NCBI GenBank assembly: GCA_963828715.1
Contig: CAWHFX010000018.1
Span: 9,178-73,177, forward strand
Origin: an uncultured beta proteobacterium
GTDB taxonomy: Bacteria > Pseudomonadota > Gammaproteobacteria > Burkholderiales > SG8-41
Direction: 5' to 3'
DNA length: 64,000 bases
Shown: positions 49,262 to 57,904 of the stretch, piece after piece
How positions within the stretch are numbered: position 1 is the first letter of the stretch
How the letters are laid out: each line of letters opens with the position of its first letter
The notes under the pieces: model-generated
What the model saw: the letters and a program-made list of their open reading frames with translations, nothing else
What the model was told of the DNA's origin: nothing
Database searches by the model: none
Translations under genes and position numbers: made by a program

Positions 49262-50491
49262 ATGTCGATAGAGACGAATGCCACTCGCCGACGGTTTATG
49301 ACCGGCGGCACGTATGCTCTGGCCCTCGCTGCCGGAGGGCGATTCACACGTATGGCGAATGCGCAGGCGCCGACCCTTGAGCTGCCGATCGCCAATGGCA
49401 AGCGCAACCTGGTGGCCTATCCCGAGAAACGCCCGTTGATCGTGCTCACGTCACGCCCGCCGCAGCTGGAAACACCATTCGAAGTCTTCAACGAGGGCGC
49501 GATTACACCCAACGATGCATTCTTCGTCCGCTATCACAACGCGGCGATTCCGACGGCAATCGACGCGGACAAGCACGTCATCAAGATCGGCGGAAACGCG
49601 GTCGGCAAGGCGTTCGAGCTCACCATGGCGGACTTGCGCACGAACTTCAAGCCCGTGGAGATCGTCGCGGTCAACCAGTGTTCGGGCAATAGCAGGGGCC
49701 TGTTTTCGCCGCGCGTAACCGGCGGGCAGCTGACGAACGGGGCTATGGGTAACGCGCGCTGGGTCGGCGTGCCATTGAAGGACGTTCTCGCTCGCGCAGA
49801 GCTCAAGGATTCGGCGCGCCAGGTCACGTTCGACGGCCTCGATCGGGCCGTGTTCGGCAGCGGCGATTTCGTCAAGGCGCTCGACGTAAACCACGCGCTC
49901 GACGGTGAAGTCATGCTGGCTTACCAGATGAACGGAGCGGATATACCAATGCTCAACGGCTATCCGGTCAAGCTGGTGGTGCCCGGCTACTACGGCACGT
50001 ATTGGGTCAAGCATCTCTCGGAGATCCAAGTGATCGATCATGTCTACCAGGGCTTCTGGATGAATCCTGCTTACCGGATACCGGACAACCCTTGTGCGTG
50101 CGTGGAACCGGGGACCACGCCGGCGGCGACGCGCCCGATCGGACGCTTCAACGTGCGCTCGTTCATCACGTCTCTTCAGGACGGTGCGCGCGTGCGTGCC
50201 GGCCAGCCGACGTCCGTCAAGGGCATTGCGTTCGACGCAGGACAGGGCATACGCGAGGTCGCCTATTCGCTCGATGGCGGGCAGACCTGGCGCGAAGCAA
50301 AACTCGGCGCCGATCTGGGGCGTTATTCGTTTCGCGAGTTCACGTTCGGCTTTACGCCGGAGAAGGGTACGTACGATCTGCGAGTACGTGCGTGGAACCG
50401 ATCGGGTCAGAGCCAGCCCATGGAAGCGTTATGGCAGCCTGCCGGCTACATGCGCAATGTCGTGGAAAAGGTCGTGGTCTCGGCTGCATGA
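49262..50491 (+). CDS. sorA: Sulfite dehydrogenase molybdopterin subunit (SorA-like, sulfite-oxidase family), Tat-exported
   Basis: Tat leader MSIETNATRRRFMTGG...ANA. Mo-cofactor cysteine context VNQCSGNSRG. C-terminal dimerisation domain. A small cytochrome c gene follows. Confidence 0.8.
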   Translation: MSIETNATRRRFMTGGTYALALAAGGRFTRMANAQAPTLELPIANGKRNLVAYPEKRPLIVLTSRPPQLETPFEVFNEGAITPNDAFFVRYHNAAIPTAIDADKHVIKIGGNAVGKAFELTMADLRTNFKPVEIVAVNQCSGNSRGLFSPRVTGGQLTNGAMGNARWVGVPLKDVLARAELKDSARQVTFDGLDRAVFGSGDFVKALDVNHALDGEVMLAYQMNGADIPMLNGYPVKLVVPGYYGTYWVKHLSEIQVIDHVYQGFWMNPAYRIPDNPCACVEPGTTPAATRPIGRFNVRSFITSLQDGARVRAGQPTSVKGIAFDAGQGIREVAYSLDGGQTWREAKLGADLGRYSFREFTFGFTPEKGTYDLRVRAWNRSGQSQPMEALWQPAGYMRNVVEKVVVSAA

Positions 50492-50501
50492 AGAGGAAGC
50501 G

Positions 50502-50834
50502 ATGAGTCCTCCATCGAGAATCTTGTTCGTCGCTGCGCTGCTGACAGCATGCACTGCACCGGCGATTTCAGCGCAGAAATCCATCACGTTGCCACCCGAC
50601 GGCGCTCAGCTTGTACCGAGCACGCTGTCGGGCTACAGCAAGGCACAGGCGAACTGCGTCGCGTGCCATTCCGCCGAATACATGCTCTATCAGCCGCCGA
50701 CTTCTTCCCGAGCTTACTGGGAAACCATGGTCAAGAGAATGAAGGCGGTCTTCAATGCGCCGATCGACGACTCAGACATGCCGGTCATCGTCGACTATCT
50801 CGTCAAGACGTACGGAAACGAGCAGCCGAAGTAA
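50502..50834 (+). CDS. sorB: Small monoheme cytochrome c subunit (SorB-like)
   Basis: Signal peptide MSPPSRILFVAALLTACTAPAISA, heme motif CVACHS, 110 aa. It starts 11 nt after sorA. Confidence 0.75.
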   Translation: MSPPSRILFVAALLTACTAPAISAQKSITLPPDGAQLVPSTLSGYSKAQANCVACHSAEYMLYQPPTSSRAYWETMVKRMKAVFNAPIDDSDMPVIVDYLVKTYGNEQPK

Positions 50835-50889
50835 GGCGGATTGAGCGATAGGGAGTTACGAGCCGGGCCGGAGTTCCAGCCGATAACTT

Positions 50890-50971
50890 CGGCTTACGCC
50901 ATCGCACGCTGCCGCTGTTCCTGCAAGGCGTACCAGCGCACGGCGATGTCCGCGATCGCCAAGAGATTGGA
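50890..50971 (-). repeat. Repeat C' (3'-end remnant of an MFS gene); direct copy C at 55659..55741
   Basis: ccgataacttcggcttacgccatcgcacgctgccgctgttcctgcaaggcgtaccagcgcacggcgatgtccgcgatcgcca differs from the copy at 55659 by 4 substitutions plus 1 indel over about 82 nt. On the minus strand it reads ...AIADIAVRWYALQEQRQRAMA*. Confidence 0.85.
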
Positions 50972-51106
50972 GCGCGGAATCGATCCTCACGTGGGCCTCT
51001 GCACTCCGCCGACTGGAGACGAAGAGCGCCACGCTCAGGCCCGCCGCCAGGAGCGGGACGGGCCCGGCGATGGGCCCCATTGCGATCATCCCTTCGGTGT
51101 CGGACC

Positions 51107-51919
51107 CTAGAAGAAGAGAGTTTCGGCGAACATCCCAATCGCGACTATGGCCGCGACCACGGCGAAGCCGATCTGCAGATGCGGCCCCGCTAGCCGTGCG
51201 GCGACCAGCCGGCCGCCAAGCATGCCGATCAGTCCGCCGGTAGTGAAGGGCACTGCCACCGGCCAATAAAACGTCCCCGCAAGTGCGCTCGTCACAACGC
51301 CGCTCGCGGATATCAGTGCGATTACCGCGAGAGAACTCGCTACGGTTGATCGCATATCCAGGTCGGTGAAGCGCTGCAGAGCGGGTACCAGGACAAAGCC
51401 CCCGCCAACTCCCAACAGTCCCGACAGAAGCCCGCTGAGTCCGCCCGATAGAGCCAACGCACGCGCACATCTTGTCGTCCAGATGAATCGTCTGCTAGCG
51501 GCACTGCGTACGCACGCCCGAGTCGGCGCCTTCACCTGATGGGCGCCTGCTAGTGGGTCTTTGGCCTGGCGAAAGGTTCTGTAAGCGACCAGCAACAGGA
51601 CGAGAGCGAACAGCACACCGAGCCAGCCTTCATCGGTTTGATGCGCGAGCCACAGTCCGACCGGGGCGAGCGCCATGCCGGCAGAGGCGATCAGCACCGA
51701 GGCCTTGTACCGAACGATACCGGCCCTGAGCCCGAGGGCTGCCCCGAGCGCCGCGGCCATGCCAACGGCGAGCATCGCGATGGGGGCGGCTTGCGGCAAG
51801 CTAAGATGTGCGCCAAAGACCCGCAGGGGCACGGCGAGGATGCCGCCACCGGCGCCGGTGAGCGCAAGAATAAGCCCAACAAGAAGGCCCAGAGACGAAC
51901 TGATCATCATCGACGACAT
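51107..51919 (-). CDS. TauE/SafE-family sulfite/sulfonate exporter (DUF81)
   Basis: 270-aa polytopic membrane protein. LALTGAGGGILAVPL and a second-half repeat GLLGVGGGFVLVPAL are typical of TauE/SafE. Confidence 0.8.
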   Translation of the reverse strand: MSSMMISSSLGLLVGLILALTGAGGGILAVPLRVFGAHLSLPQAAPIAMLAVGMAAALGAALGLRAGIVRYKASVLIASAGMALAPVGLWLAHQTDEGWLGVLFALVLLLVAYRTFRQAKDPLAGAHQVKAPTRACVRSAASRRFIWTTRCARALALSGGLSGLLSGLLGVGGGFVLVPALQRFTDLDMRSTVASSLAVIALISASGVVTSALAGTFYWPVAVPFTTGGLIGMLGGRLVAARLAGPHLQIGFAVVAAIVAIGMFAETLFF

Positions 51920-52395
51920 TGGCGGGAAGGGCTGCGCTTGAACTTCAGCAGCCTAAGAAGCCTTGCGGCTACGCTTACCCGCAGCCGTTGCTGCTCCACA
52001 AACTCGAATGTTGCCATCCCTGCGAGCAGCGCAATGATGAAAACGAGCGGCTTCACGCCTCCAGTCAGCAGCGCTGCCAGCACCGGGCCCGGACAGTAGC
52101 CCCCAAGGCCCCAGCCGATACCGAACAGCACCCCACCCAAGACGAGCCTGCCATCGATTTGCGTCGTCGTGGGCAAACGCATGACCTCGCCAAGCAGAGT
52201 CCTCGTGCGCTTGGCCGCGAGCGCGAACGCGAACGTTCCGACGGCTATCCCGCCGACCATGACCATGGCGAGCGATGGGTCCCATGCGCCCGCCAAGTCC
52301 AGAAACGCGAGCACCTTCGATGGATCGGTCATACCGGATACGATCAAGCCGATGCCGAAGACGAGCCCTGCCACCAACGCCATGAATGCGCGCAT
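51907..52395 (-). CDS. YeeE/YedE-family sulfur-transport membrane protein (small half-size form)
   Basis: GIGLIVSGMTDPSKVLAFLD and GIGWGLGGYCPGP motifs. Confidence 0.75.
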   Translation of the reverse strand: MRAFMALVAGLVFGIGLIVSGMTDPSKVLAFLDLAGAWDPSLAMVMVGGIAVGTFAFALAAKRTRTLLGEVMRLPTTTQIDGRLVLGGVLFGIGWGLGGYCPGPVLAALLTGGVKPLVFIIALLAGMATFEFVEQQRLRVSVAARLLRLLKFKRSPSRQCRR

Positions 52396-52401
52396 AAAGC
52401 G

Positions 52402-52836
52402 TCACCAGCTTAAAACGTGACGGGTGATGTATACCGTCGCGAAACCTGCCAACATGAAAGACGCCACCGCGACAAGTGAGCGCGGCGAGCGTCGCGACAG
52501 TCCGCACACGCCATGTCCGCTTGTGCATCCCGAGCCGTATCGCGTGCCGATCCCGACCAGCAGCCCGGCTGCGACAAGGGTGACGTAGTCAGCGTCTATA
52601 CGCACTTCCGGCAGCGGCGCCGCGAGGGCATAGATCAGCGGCGATCCGATCAAACCCACCAGGAAGCTCATGCGCCAGAACCGGTCGCCGCTTGCGGCTC
52701 GAAGCATGCCTCCAAGGATGCCGCTGATCCCTGCTATCCGGCCGTTAAACAGAATGAACAAACCGGATGCGACGCCGATGAGCAACCCCCCGAAGAGGGA
52801 GAACCAAGGCGTGAAGTTCGGCCAGTCTATAGTCAT
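52402..52836 (-). CDS. YeeE/YedE-family sulfur-transport membrane protein (small half-size form)
   Basis: [11 protein letters not shown] and [21 protein letters not shown] (conserved Cys motif). It pairs with 51907..52395. Confidence 0.8.
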   Translation of the reverse strand: MTIDWPNFTPWFSLFGGLLIGVASGLFILFNGRIAGISGILGGMLRAASGDRFWRMSFLVGLIGSPLIYALAAPLPEVRIDADYVTLVAAGLLVGIGTRYGSGCTSGHGVCGLSRRSPRSLVAVASFMLAGFATVYITRHVLSW

Positions 52837-52892
52837 ATCTTCCCGCCCTTAGCGCCGGCGTGGCAGATGGACGGTGTACTCGCGCGCCATCG

Positions 52893-53190
52893 TCAGGCCT
52901 GCGGGCTCTCATACATTTGCCGACAGTACCGCTGCAAATCCGCATCGAGATCCGGCGGGCACACACCGCATTGGCGGTCGCCCGGCACGGCGTAATCGAT
53001 GAACTTCGGATAAGGGAGTTTCAACTCGCCCATGATCTCGAGAAAGTCGTCGAGGCTCCTTTCGCCGCCTGCTCGGCGTGAATGTGCGTGTCGACTGTGT
53101 AGACGAGCTTCAGCCCAAGCTGGTTAGCGAGCTTCAGATCACGCTGCCACGTCGGCATCACCGGATCGATCAGCGCCGCCACGAGCTCCA
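52893..53190 (-). pseudogene. Metallo-beta-lactamase-fold (persulfide-dioxygenase-like) gene remnant with a large internal deletion and a frame change
   Basis: N-terminal piece [35 protein letters not shown] stops inside the HxHxDH motif. The C-terminal piece [32 protein letters not shown]...* is in another frame ending at 52893. The catalytic core between them is missing. Confidence 0.65.
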
Positions 53191-53644
53191 TCACTTCCGC
53201 GAGACGCCGTCCGTACATGCCGAAGACGAAGGCTCTGAACGGCGGAAATTCCAATATGAGCTTCTGGAAGAGCGCCGGCGGAACGCGAGCAACCGTTACG
53301 TTTTCTTCGGCAATAGCCGACGCGCAGTACGTCGAATCTCCGAGGAGGCAACCGCCGGAGAGGATACATCCCTGTCCCGGCTCCACGCGATAGAGGACGA
53401 TCTCGCGACCGTTAGGCGCGATCTTCGTCACGCGCACAGTACCGTCGAGAAGCAGTGGAAAACCGTGGCAAGGCTGGTCAACGTTGAAGACCGTGGAGCC
53501 CTGAGGCACCTCCATGAACTGCACTTCCCCAAGCAGAGCTTCGAGTTGGTCTGAACGCAAGCTCGCGAAAAACGGAAAGCGCGCCAGAAGTAGCAGTCGA
53601 AATCGCTCTGCGCTCACTGTCTCGGCTCCTCGTGTGCTGCACAC
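53190..53644 (-). pseudogene. cNMP-binding (Crp/Fnr-like) domain without HTH, fused in frame to the MBL remnant
   Basis: [73 protein letters not shown]... is a Crp-type effector domain. The ORF then runs straight into MBL sequence instead of a DNA-binding domain. Confidence 0.6.
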
Positions 53645-53672
53645 CGCGAACGGAGGCAGCGCGCCGCGCCGC

Positions 53673-53876
53673 TTAAGTCCGCGATAGCGGCTGCTTCAGC
53701 TTGTAAAACTCCGCATTCAGGTAAGCCAGGACGTCCGCCACGCCCTGGTCCGTCAGCTTGTGGTCCCGAAATGTTGGGCCTTTACGTAACGGTACTCTGC
53801 TACCGATCAGCAGCACGATTGCGCCTGGCGGAAAATTGAGCCGATCGGCGACCGCTCTCGAGTTCGGAGGAATCAA
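53673..53876 (-). pseudogene. Possible C-terminal fragment of a c-type cytochrome
   Basis: Ends ...KLTDQGVADVLAYLNAEFYKL, resembling cytochrome c C-termini. No CxxCH motif is present in the 67-aa ORF or just upstream. Confidence 0.3.
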
Positions 53877-54121
53877 AACGAGACCGGCTGGCGGCTCGAT
53901 CGGAGAGTTACATGTTATCAGGCAATACCGGGCTCGTATGATCGCAGTAGGCCGAACCCGATGTCCGCGGCGCCGACGCCCACGTATGAGTCGCGCGGCG
54001 CTCGTTTCGCAAGTTCGACTTCGTAGCGTTTCTTAGCGTGACGTGCCTGCATTTGGCGCCACGGTCTTCGGTGCCGCATTCGCTTCACCCGAGCCTGTGC
54101 GAGCCTGCCAGGCCGTGTTGC

Positions 54122-54358
54122 TTATTGCTGCAGCCAGCTTTCGACAGCAGCACGAGATGGAACACCACCGGCATGCACCACCTTCCCGTCGACCACGACC
54201 CCGGGCGTGGACATCAAACCATATGACACGATGTCACGGATATCGTCTATTTTGTCTAACCGGATCTCCGCATGCTCAACTATCGCGACGTCTTCGATCA
54301 GCTTGAGCGTTGCCTTGCACTTTGCACATCCCGTTCCCAGTACCTTAACGTGCTTCAT
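54122..54358 (-). CDS. Small thioredoxin-family redox-active disulfide protein
   Basis: 78 aa, MKHVKVLGTGCAKCKATLKLIE... with CxxC. This is the type usually paired with the DUF318/ArsP-like permease gene found immediately upstream. Confidence 0.8.
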   Translation of the reverse strand: MKHVKVLGTGCAKCKATLKLIEDVAIVEHAEIRLDKIDDIRDIVSYGLMSTPGVVVDGKVVHAGGVPSRAAVESWLQQ

Positions 54359-54415
54359 GGTTGCTCCTTGCGGTGTCCACGGGCTCGCGTCGCTCTCACA
54401 GTTCCCCGGCGTTCT

Positions 54416-55456
54416 TCACAAGAGAGCATTGAAGAGATATCCAACCATCAGGATACCCGTTGCGACCACGCCAACAAAAACGGCGATCAGCGGCGGCTTC
54501 AGTACCTTACGCAAAATGATCATCTCGGGAAGAGACAGGGCGACCACGGCCATCATGAACGTCAGTGCGGTGCCGAGCGCGGCGCCCTTGCTGATGAGCG
54601 CCTGAACGATGGGAATCACGCCCGCGGCATTGGAATACAACGGCACACCGATCAGTACCGCGGCCGGCACCGACCACCAGGCGTCTCGGCCCATTACCTC
54701 AGCCATGAAGTTTTCGGGCACGTAACCATGGATACCCGCACCTACTGCGATGCCAACGACGATATAAGGCCAGACCTTGCCTACGATGTCTTTCACGTGA
54801 GCCCTGCCGGCATTTATCCGCTCGCCCCAGGAGGGCGTCCCGTCGTCGCCACGTCCTGGTGTGGCGAAGCGAATTCCCTGCACCCAATCCTCTAGCTGGT
54901 CTTCCATGTCGATCTTGCCGATGATGATTCCTGCAGCGATGGCGATGACGAGTCCCACGCCGAGATAAAGTGCCGCAACCTTCCAGCCGAACATCGCAAA
55001 GAGCAGTGCGAGGGCAACTTCGTTCACCATTGGGGCGGAAATCAGGAATGAAAACGTCACGCCGAGTGGCACTCCTGCGGAGAGAAATCCGATAAAGAGC
55101 GGCACCGCCGAACAAGAGCAGAACGGCGTGACAATGCCCAATGCTGCGGCAAGGACGTTACCGACGCCTGTTCGTTTGCCCGAGAGCATGGCCCTCGTAA
55201 GCTCAGGTGAGACGAAGGTATGCACGATACCCATGGCGAACACGATCCCGGTCAGGAGCAGCAGGACTTTGGGGGTATCGTAAACAAAGAAATGCAGCGC
55301 CTCGCCCGCTTGGGTGCTGCGCGATAAGCCCGTGAGCACAAGCACCCTGTCGGCGAACGGCATCAGGCCTACATAAGTCGCGAGCCATGCCACGGCACTG
55401 AGCAGGACCCAACCCCAAGGTGCGCGGGGCGGCAGCGTTTGCATTAAAGCGGTCAC
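54416..55456 (-). CDS. DUF318/ArsP-like permease
   Basis: 346-aa polytopic protein with TPFCSCSAVPLFIGFLSAGVPLGVTFSFLISAPMVNE. Confidence 0.8.
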   Translation of the reverse strand: MTALMQTLPPRAPWGWVLLSAVAWLATYVGLMPFADRVLVLTGLSRSTQAGEALHFFVYDTPKVLLLLTGIVFAMGIVHTFVSPELTRAMLSGKRTGVGNVLAAALGIVTPFCSCSAVPLFIGFLSAGVPLGVTFSFLISAPMVNEVALALLFAMFGWKVAALYLGVGLVIAIAAGIIIGKIDMEDQLEDWVQGIRFATPGRGDDGTPSWGERINAGRAHVKDIVGKVWPYIVVGIAVGAGIHGYVPENFMAEVMGRDAWWSVPAAVLIGVPLYSNAAGVIPIVQALISKGAALGTALTFMMAVVALSLPEMIILRKVLKPPLIAVFVGVVATGILMVGYLFNALL

Positions 55457-55541
55457 GGTCGACTATGGCTCAAGCACCAGCTATCCGCTGAAGAGAGAAA
55501 GAAATGCTGACGCGGCCATGGACAGGGCGCCACGATGTGGA

Positions 55542-56849
55542 TCAGTTGCCGGCGAGGGTGACGAAATCGCGAGTACATACATAGTTGTCGCAAGTAATCC
55601 AAAGGCAGCCCGACGCATCGAAAAAATGCTTGTCATGAGAGGTTGATGAGGTGATTACCCGATAACTGCGGCTTACGCCATCGCACGCTGCCGCTGTTCC
55701 TGCAATGCGTACCAGCAGCACGGCAATGCCCGCGATCGCCACGAGGAGCAGCGAAACGTAATTGAGGAGCGTCCAACCGCTCGTCGTAACCAGGGCGCCG
55801 GAGGAGAACGAAGAAATCATCATCATGGCGAAGACGCAGAAATTAACGGCTCCCTGGGTCTTGTTCCTTTCCTCGGGCCGGTAGGCCTTGAGCGACAATG
55901 CGGTCCCTGCAGTGAAAAGGAAGTTCCAGCCGACGCCGAGGAGAAACAGCGAGAAGACGAAATGCATCACATGCGCACCTGACAGGGCCACGCCGATGCA
56001 CAGCAGATTGAGTGCTACGCCTGCGCACAGGATGCGAATCGCGCCGAACCGCTCGATCAGGTGCCCGGTAAAAAAGCCAGGGGCGAACATGCCAATTACG
56101 TGCCATTGAAGTACGACTGCTGCATCGTTGAACGCATGGCCCTGCAGCTTCATCGCGATGGGTGATGCAGCCATGAGCATGTTCATTACTCCGTAGCCGA
56201 GCGCAGCCGCGGTCGTGCTTACGATAAATACCGGTTGGCGCATGATCACGGAGAGCGGGCGTCCGCCGCTGGTTCGTGTCTTCTTCGAGGTGTCCGGCGG
56301 GAAGTCCACGAGCGATATCACGGCCGTACCCAGGAGTGCGATTGCTGCGAGCGTGGTGTAGGCGCCCGCGAACGGCACTTCGGTGAGGTGCTGCGTCCAT
56401 CGCGCGAGGTTCGGCCCTATCACTCCACCGATGATTCCGCCCGCAAGTACCATCGAGACGGCGCGCTCTCGATACTGCGGCGTCGCAAGTTCCGCCGCGG
56501 CGAACCGATACAACTGCCCGTTGGCGCTGTAGTAGCCGGCCACGAGGGTCGCTGTCACCAGTAGCCAGAAGTTCTTGGTCGTCGCAGCGTACGTCGCGAG
56601 CAACGCGGAGCCGATCGCCACTCCGAGCCCGATCTGGAATGAGACCTTGCGTCCCCAACGTGACTGCGTCCACGCCACGGGCCCGGTCGAGAGCGCACCT
56701 CCAATCACGTAGCCCATGATCGGTAAGGTCGCCATCCAGGCGTAGGGCGCCAGTGAAAGGCCAACCAATCCGTTGATCGCGACGAAAACGACGTTGTTGG
56801 TGAGAAATAGACCCTGGGCTGCAACCATCAGCCACAGATTGCGATTCAT
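55542..56849 (-). CDS. MFS transporter (12-TM type), probably with a 3'-terminal frameshift
   Basis: 435-aa ORF with many TM helices. Compared with remnant copy C', it has one extra base near 55715. This replaces a plausible end ...WYALQEQRQRAMA* (stop 55673..55675) with a 40-aa non-membrane tail reaching 55542. Confidence 0.8.
   Translation of the reverse strand: MNRNLWLMVAAQGLFLTNNVVFVAINGLVGLSLAPYAWMATLPIMGYVIGGALSTGPVAWTQSRWGRKVSFQIGLGVAIGSALLATYAATTKNFWLLVTATLVAGYYSANGQLYRFAAAELATPQYRERAVSMVLAGGIIGGVIGPNLARWTQHLTEVPFAGAYTTLAAIALLGTAVISLVDFPPDTSKKTRTSGGRPLSVIMRQPVFIVSTTAAALGYGVMNMLMAASPIAMKLQGHAFNDAAVVLQWHVIGMFAPGFFTGHLIERFGAIRILCAGVALNLLCIGVALSGAHVMHFVFSLFLLGVGWNFLFTAGTALSLKAYRPEERNKTQGAVNFCVFAMMMISSFSSGALVTTSGWTLLNYVSLLLVAIAGIAVLLVRIAGTAAACDGVSRSYRVITSSTSHDKHFFDASGCLWITCDNYVCTRDFVTLAGN
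55573..55653 (+). repeat. Repeat A' (remnant of an anti-sigma gene 3' end), contiguous with repeat C
   Basis: On the plus strand it translates to STYIVVASNPKAARRIEKMLVMRG*, versus GTYIVVATNRKAARRIEKMLVRRG* at the end of 47151..47855. It lies antisense within the extended tail of the MFS ORF. Confidence 0.85.
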
Positions 56850-56856
56850 ATCGTGC

Positions 56857-57165
56857 CTAACCGTATGCGGCTGGGTCGACCTGTATCACATGCGGCGTTT
56901 CCCAATCCAGCCGCTTCATCGGCGCGGCTTGCCAGCGCCTGGACATGCTCGTTTCGAGATGCGGCGTGAAGAAGTGTCTTGCCGCGCTCTCGCTGTCCCA
57001 CATCGAGATCTCGAGGACAGACTTATTATCTTTCGAGAACCCGAAAATAGCCGTAACCAAGCCGGCGGCACCTTCGTAATCAGCCTTCGACGCCTCCAGC
57101 TCCAGGAGGATGTCTTGTCGGCTCGCACCTTCATTCAGATTGATCGTATACGTGACGGTGTACAT
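56857..57165 (-). CDS. Small cytoplasmic protein, possibly dimeric alpha/beta-barrel (ABM-like)
   Basis: Start MYTVTYTINLNEGA at 57165, 102 aa. ...VLEISMWDSESAARHFF resembles ABM-type proteins. The assignment is weak. Confidence 0.4.
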   Translation of the reverse strand: MYTVTYTINLNEGASRQDILLELEASKADYEGAAGLVTAIFGFSKDNKSVLEISMWDSESAARHFFTPHLETSMSRRWQAAPMKRLDWETPHVIQVDPAAYG

Positions 57166-57215
57166 AACATGTCCTTTCGAAATGCATCTGCTTCTAGCGG
57201 AATAAGGCGGCAGGA

Positions 57216-57653
57216 TCAGCGGTTTGCTGCGCCGGACGGAGCACTCCCTTGATCCAAGCCGGCGCCGACTCCTGCGCCTCTTCCGGGCCCGCCACGGCCT
57301 CCGACGCCAGCGCACGGTTGGTCTGGAAGAGTGACACCCTTCTCCTTCGCGCGCCCCTGCATGGTGACGTGGTGTTCTGCACGGATCTGGTCACGTTCCG
57401 CTTGTGTCTTCGCGTTGCGCATCTTGTCACGGTATCCGGTGCGTTCCTCCGGCGTCATTAACTGCGACCCGTAGGTAGTGTCCCAAATTAGGACACTACC
57501 GACCCGTATATCTGCTGTTGGGGTTGGCTCTTTCCTTGCGCCTGGGTCTGGGGCCGCTGTATCTGGTCACTGGCTTGATCCGCTGCATAGCATCGTAAGT
57601 GGAAGCGAAACGCCGATCAGCAGGGCCGCCCACTGGATTCTTCGATTGAACAT
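57216..57653 (-). pseudogene. Periplasmic Gly-rich-tail protein with an in-frame TGA at codon 29
   Basis: MFNRRIQWAALLIGVSLPLTMLCSGSSQ-TGA(57567..57569)-PDTAAP...YGSQLMTPEERTGYRDKMRNAKTQAERDQIRAEHHVTMQGRAKEKGVTLPDQP... is all in one frame. The signal peptide is separated from the mature part by the stop. Confidence 0.6.
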
Positions 57654-57904
57654 GACCTATTCTCCTTGTCGCTCAGCCGACGGTAGCTCAGTTGTCATGT
57701 TCCCGCGGGGCAGTCCAGGTTGCGATGATCTGCGTCAGGTCGCGACATTCGGCGAGCACGCTCGTGTCCCCTCGGCGGGCCGTTGCTGGAACAGGCATGG
57801 TCCGACTCACCAAAGCTCAGAGCGCCCGGTGGAGCTTGTCGCCGTCCGTGTAAGGTTTGCTCGCCAATGCCGGTCTCATGCTGGGGTTGCTGAAAGGCAT
57901 AAAG

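Noticed and set aside
53877-54040. 44-codon minus-strand ORF (MQARHAKKRYEVELAKRAPRD...) between the cytochrome-like fragment and the thioredoxin-like gene
   Set aside because: It is too short, has no recognisable motif or ribosome-binding site, and lies in a region full of gene debris.
57567-57569. In-frame TGA as a selenocysteine codon
   Set aside because: The context (just after a signal-peptide cleavage region, not a redox motif) does not suggest a selenoprotein, and I saw no obvious stem-loop downstream of the codon (the hairpin at 57475..57501 lies about 65 nt downstream). A nonsense mutation or a base-call error is more likely.
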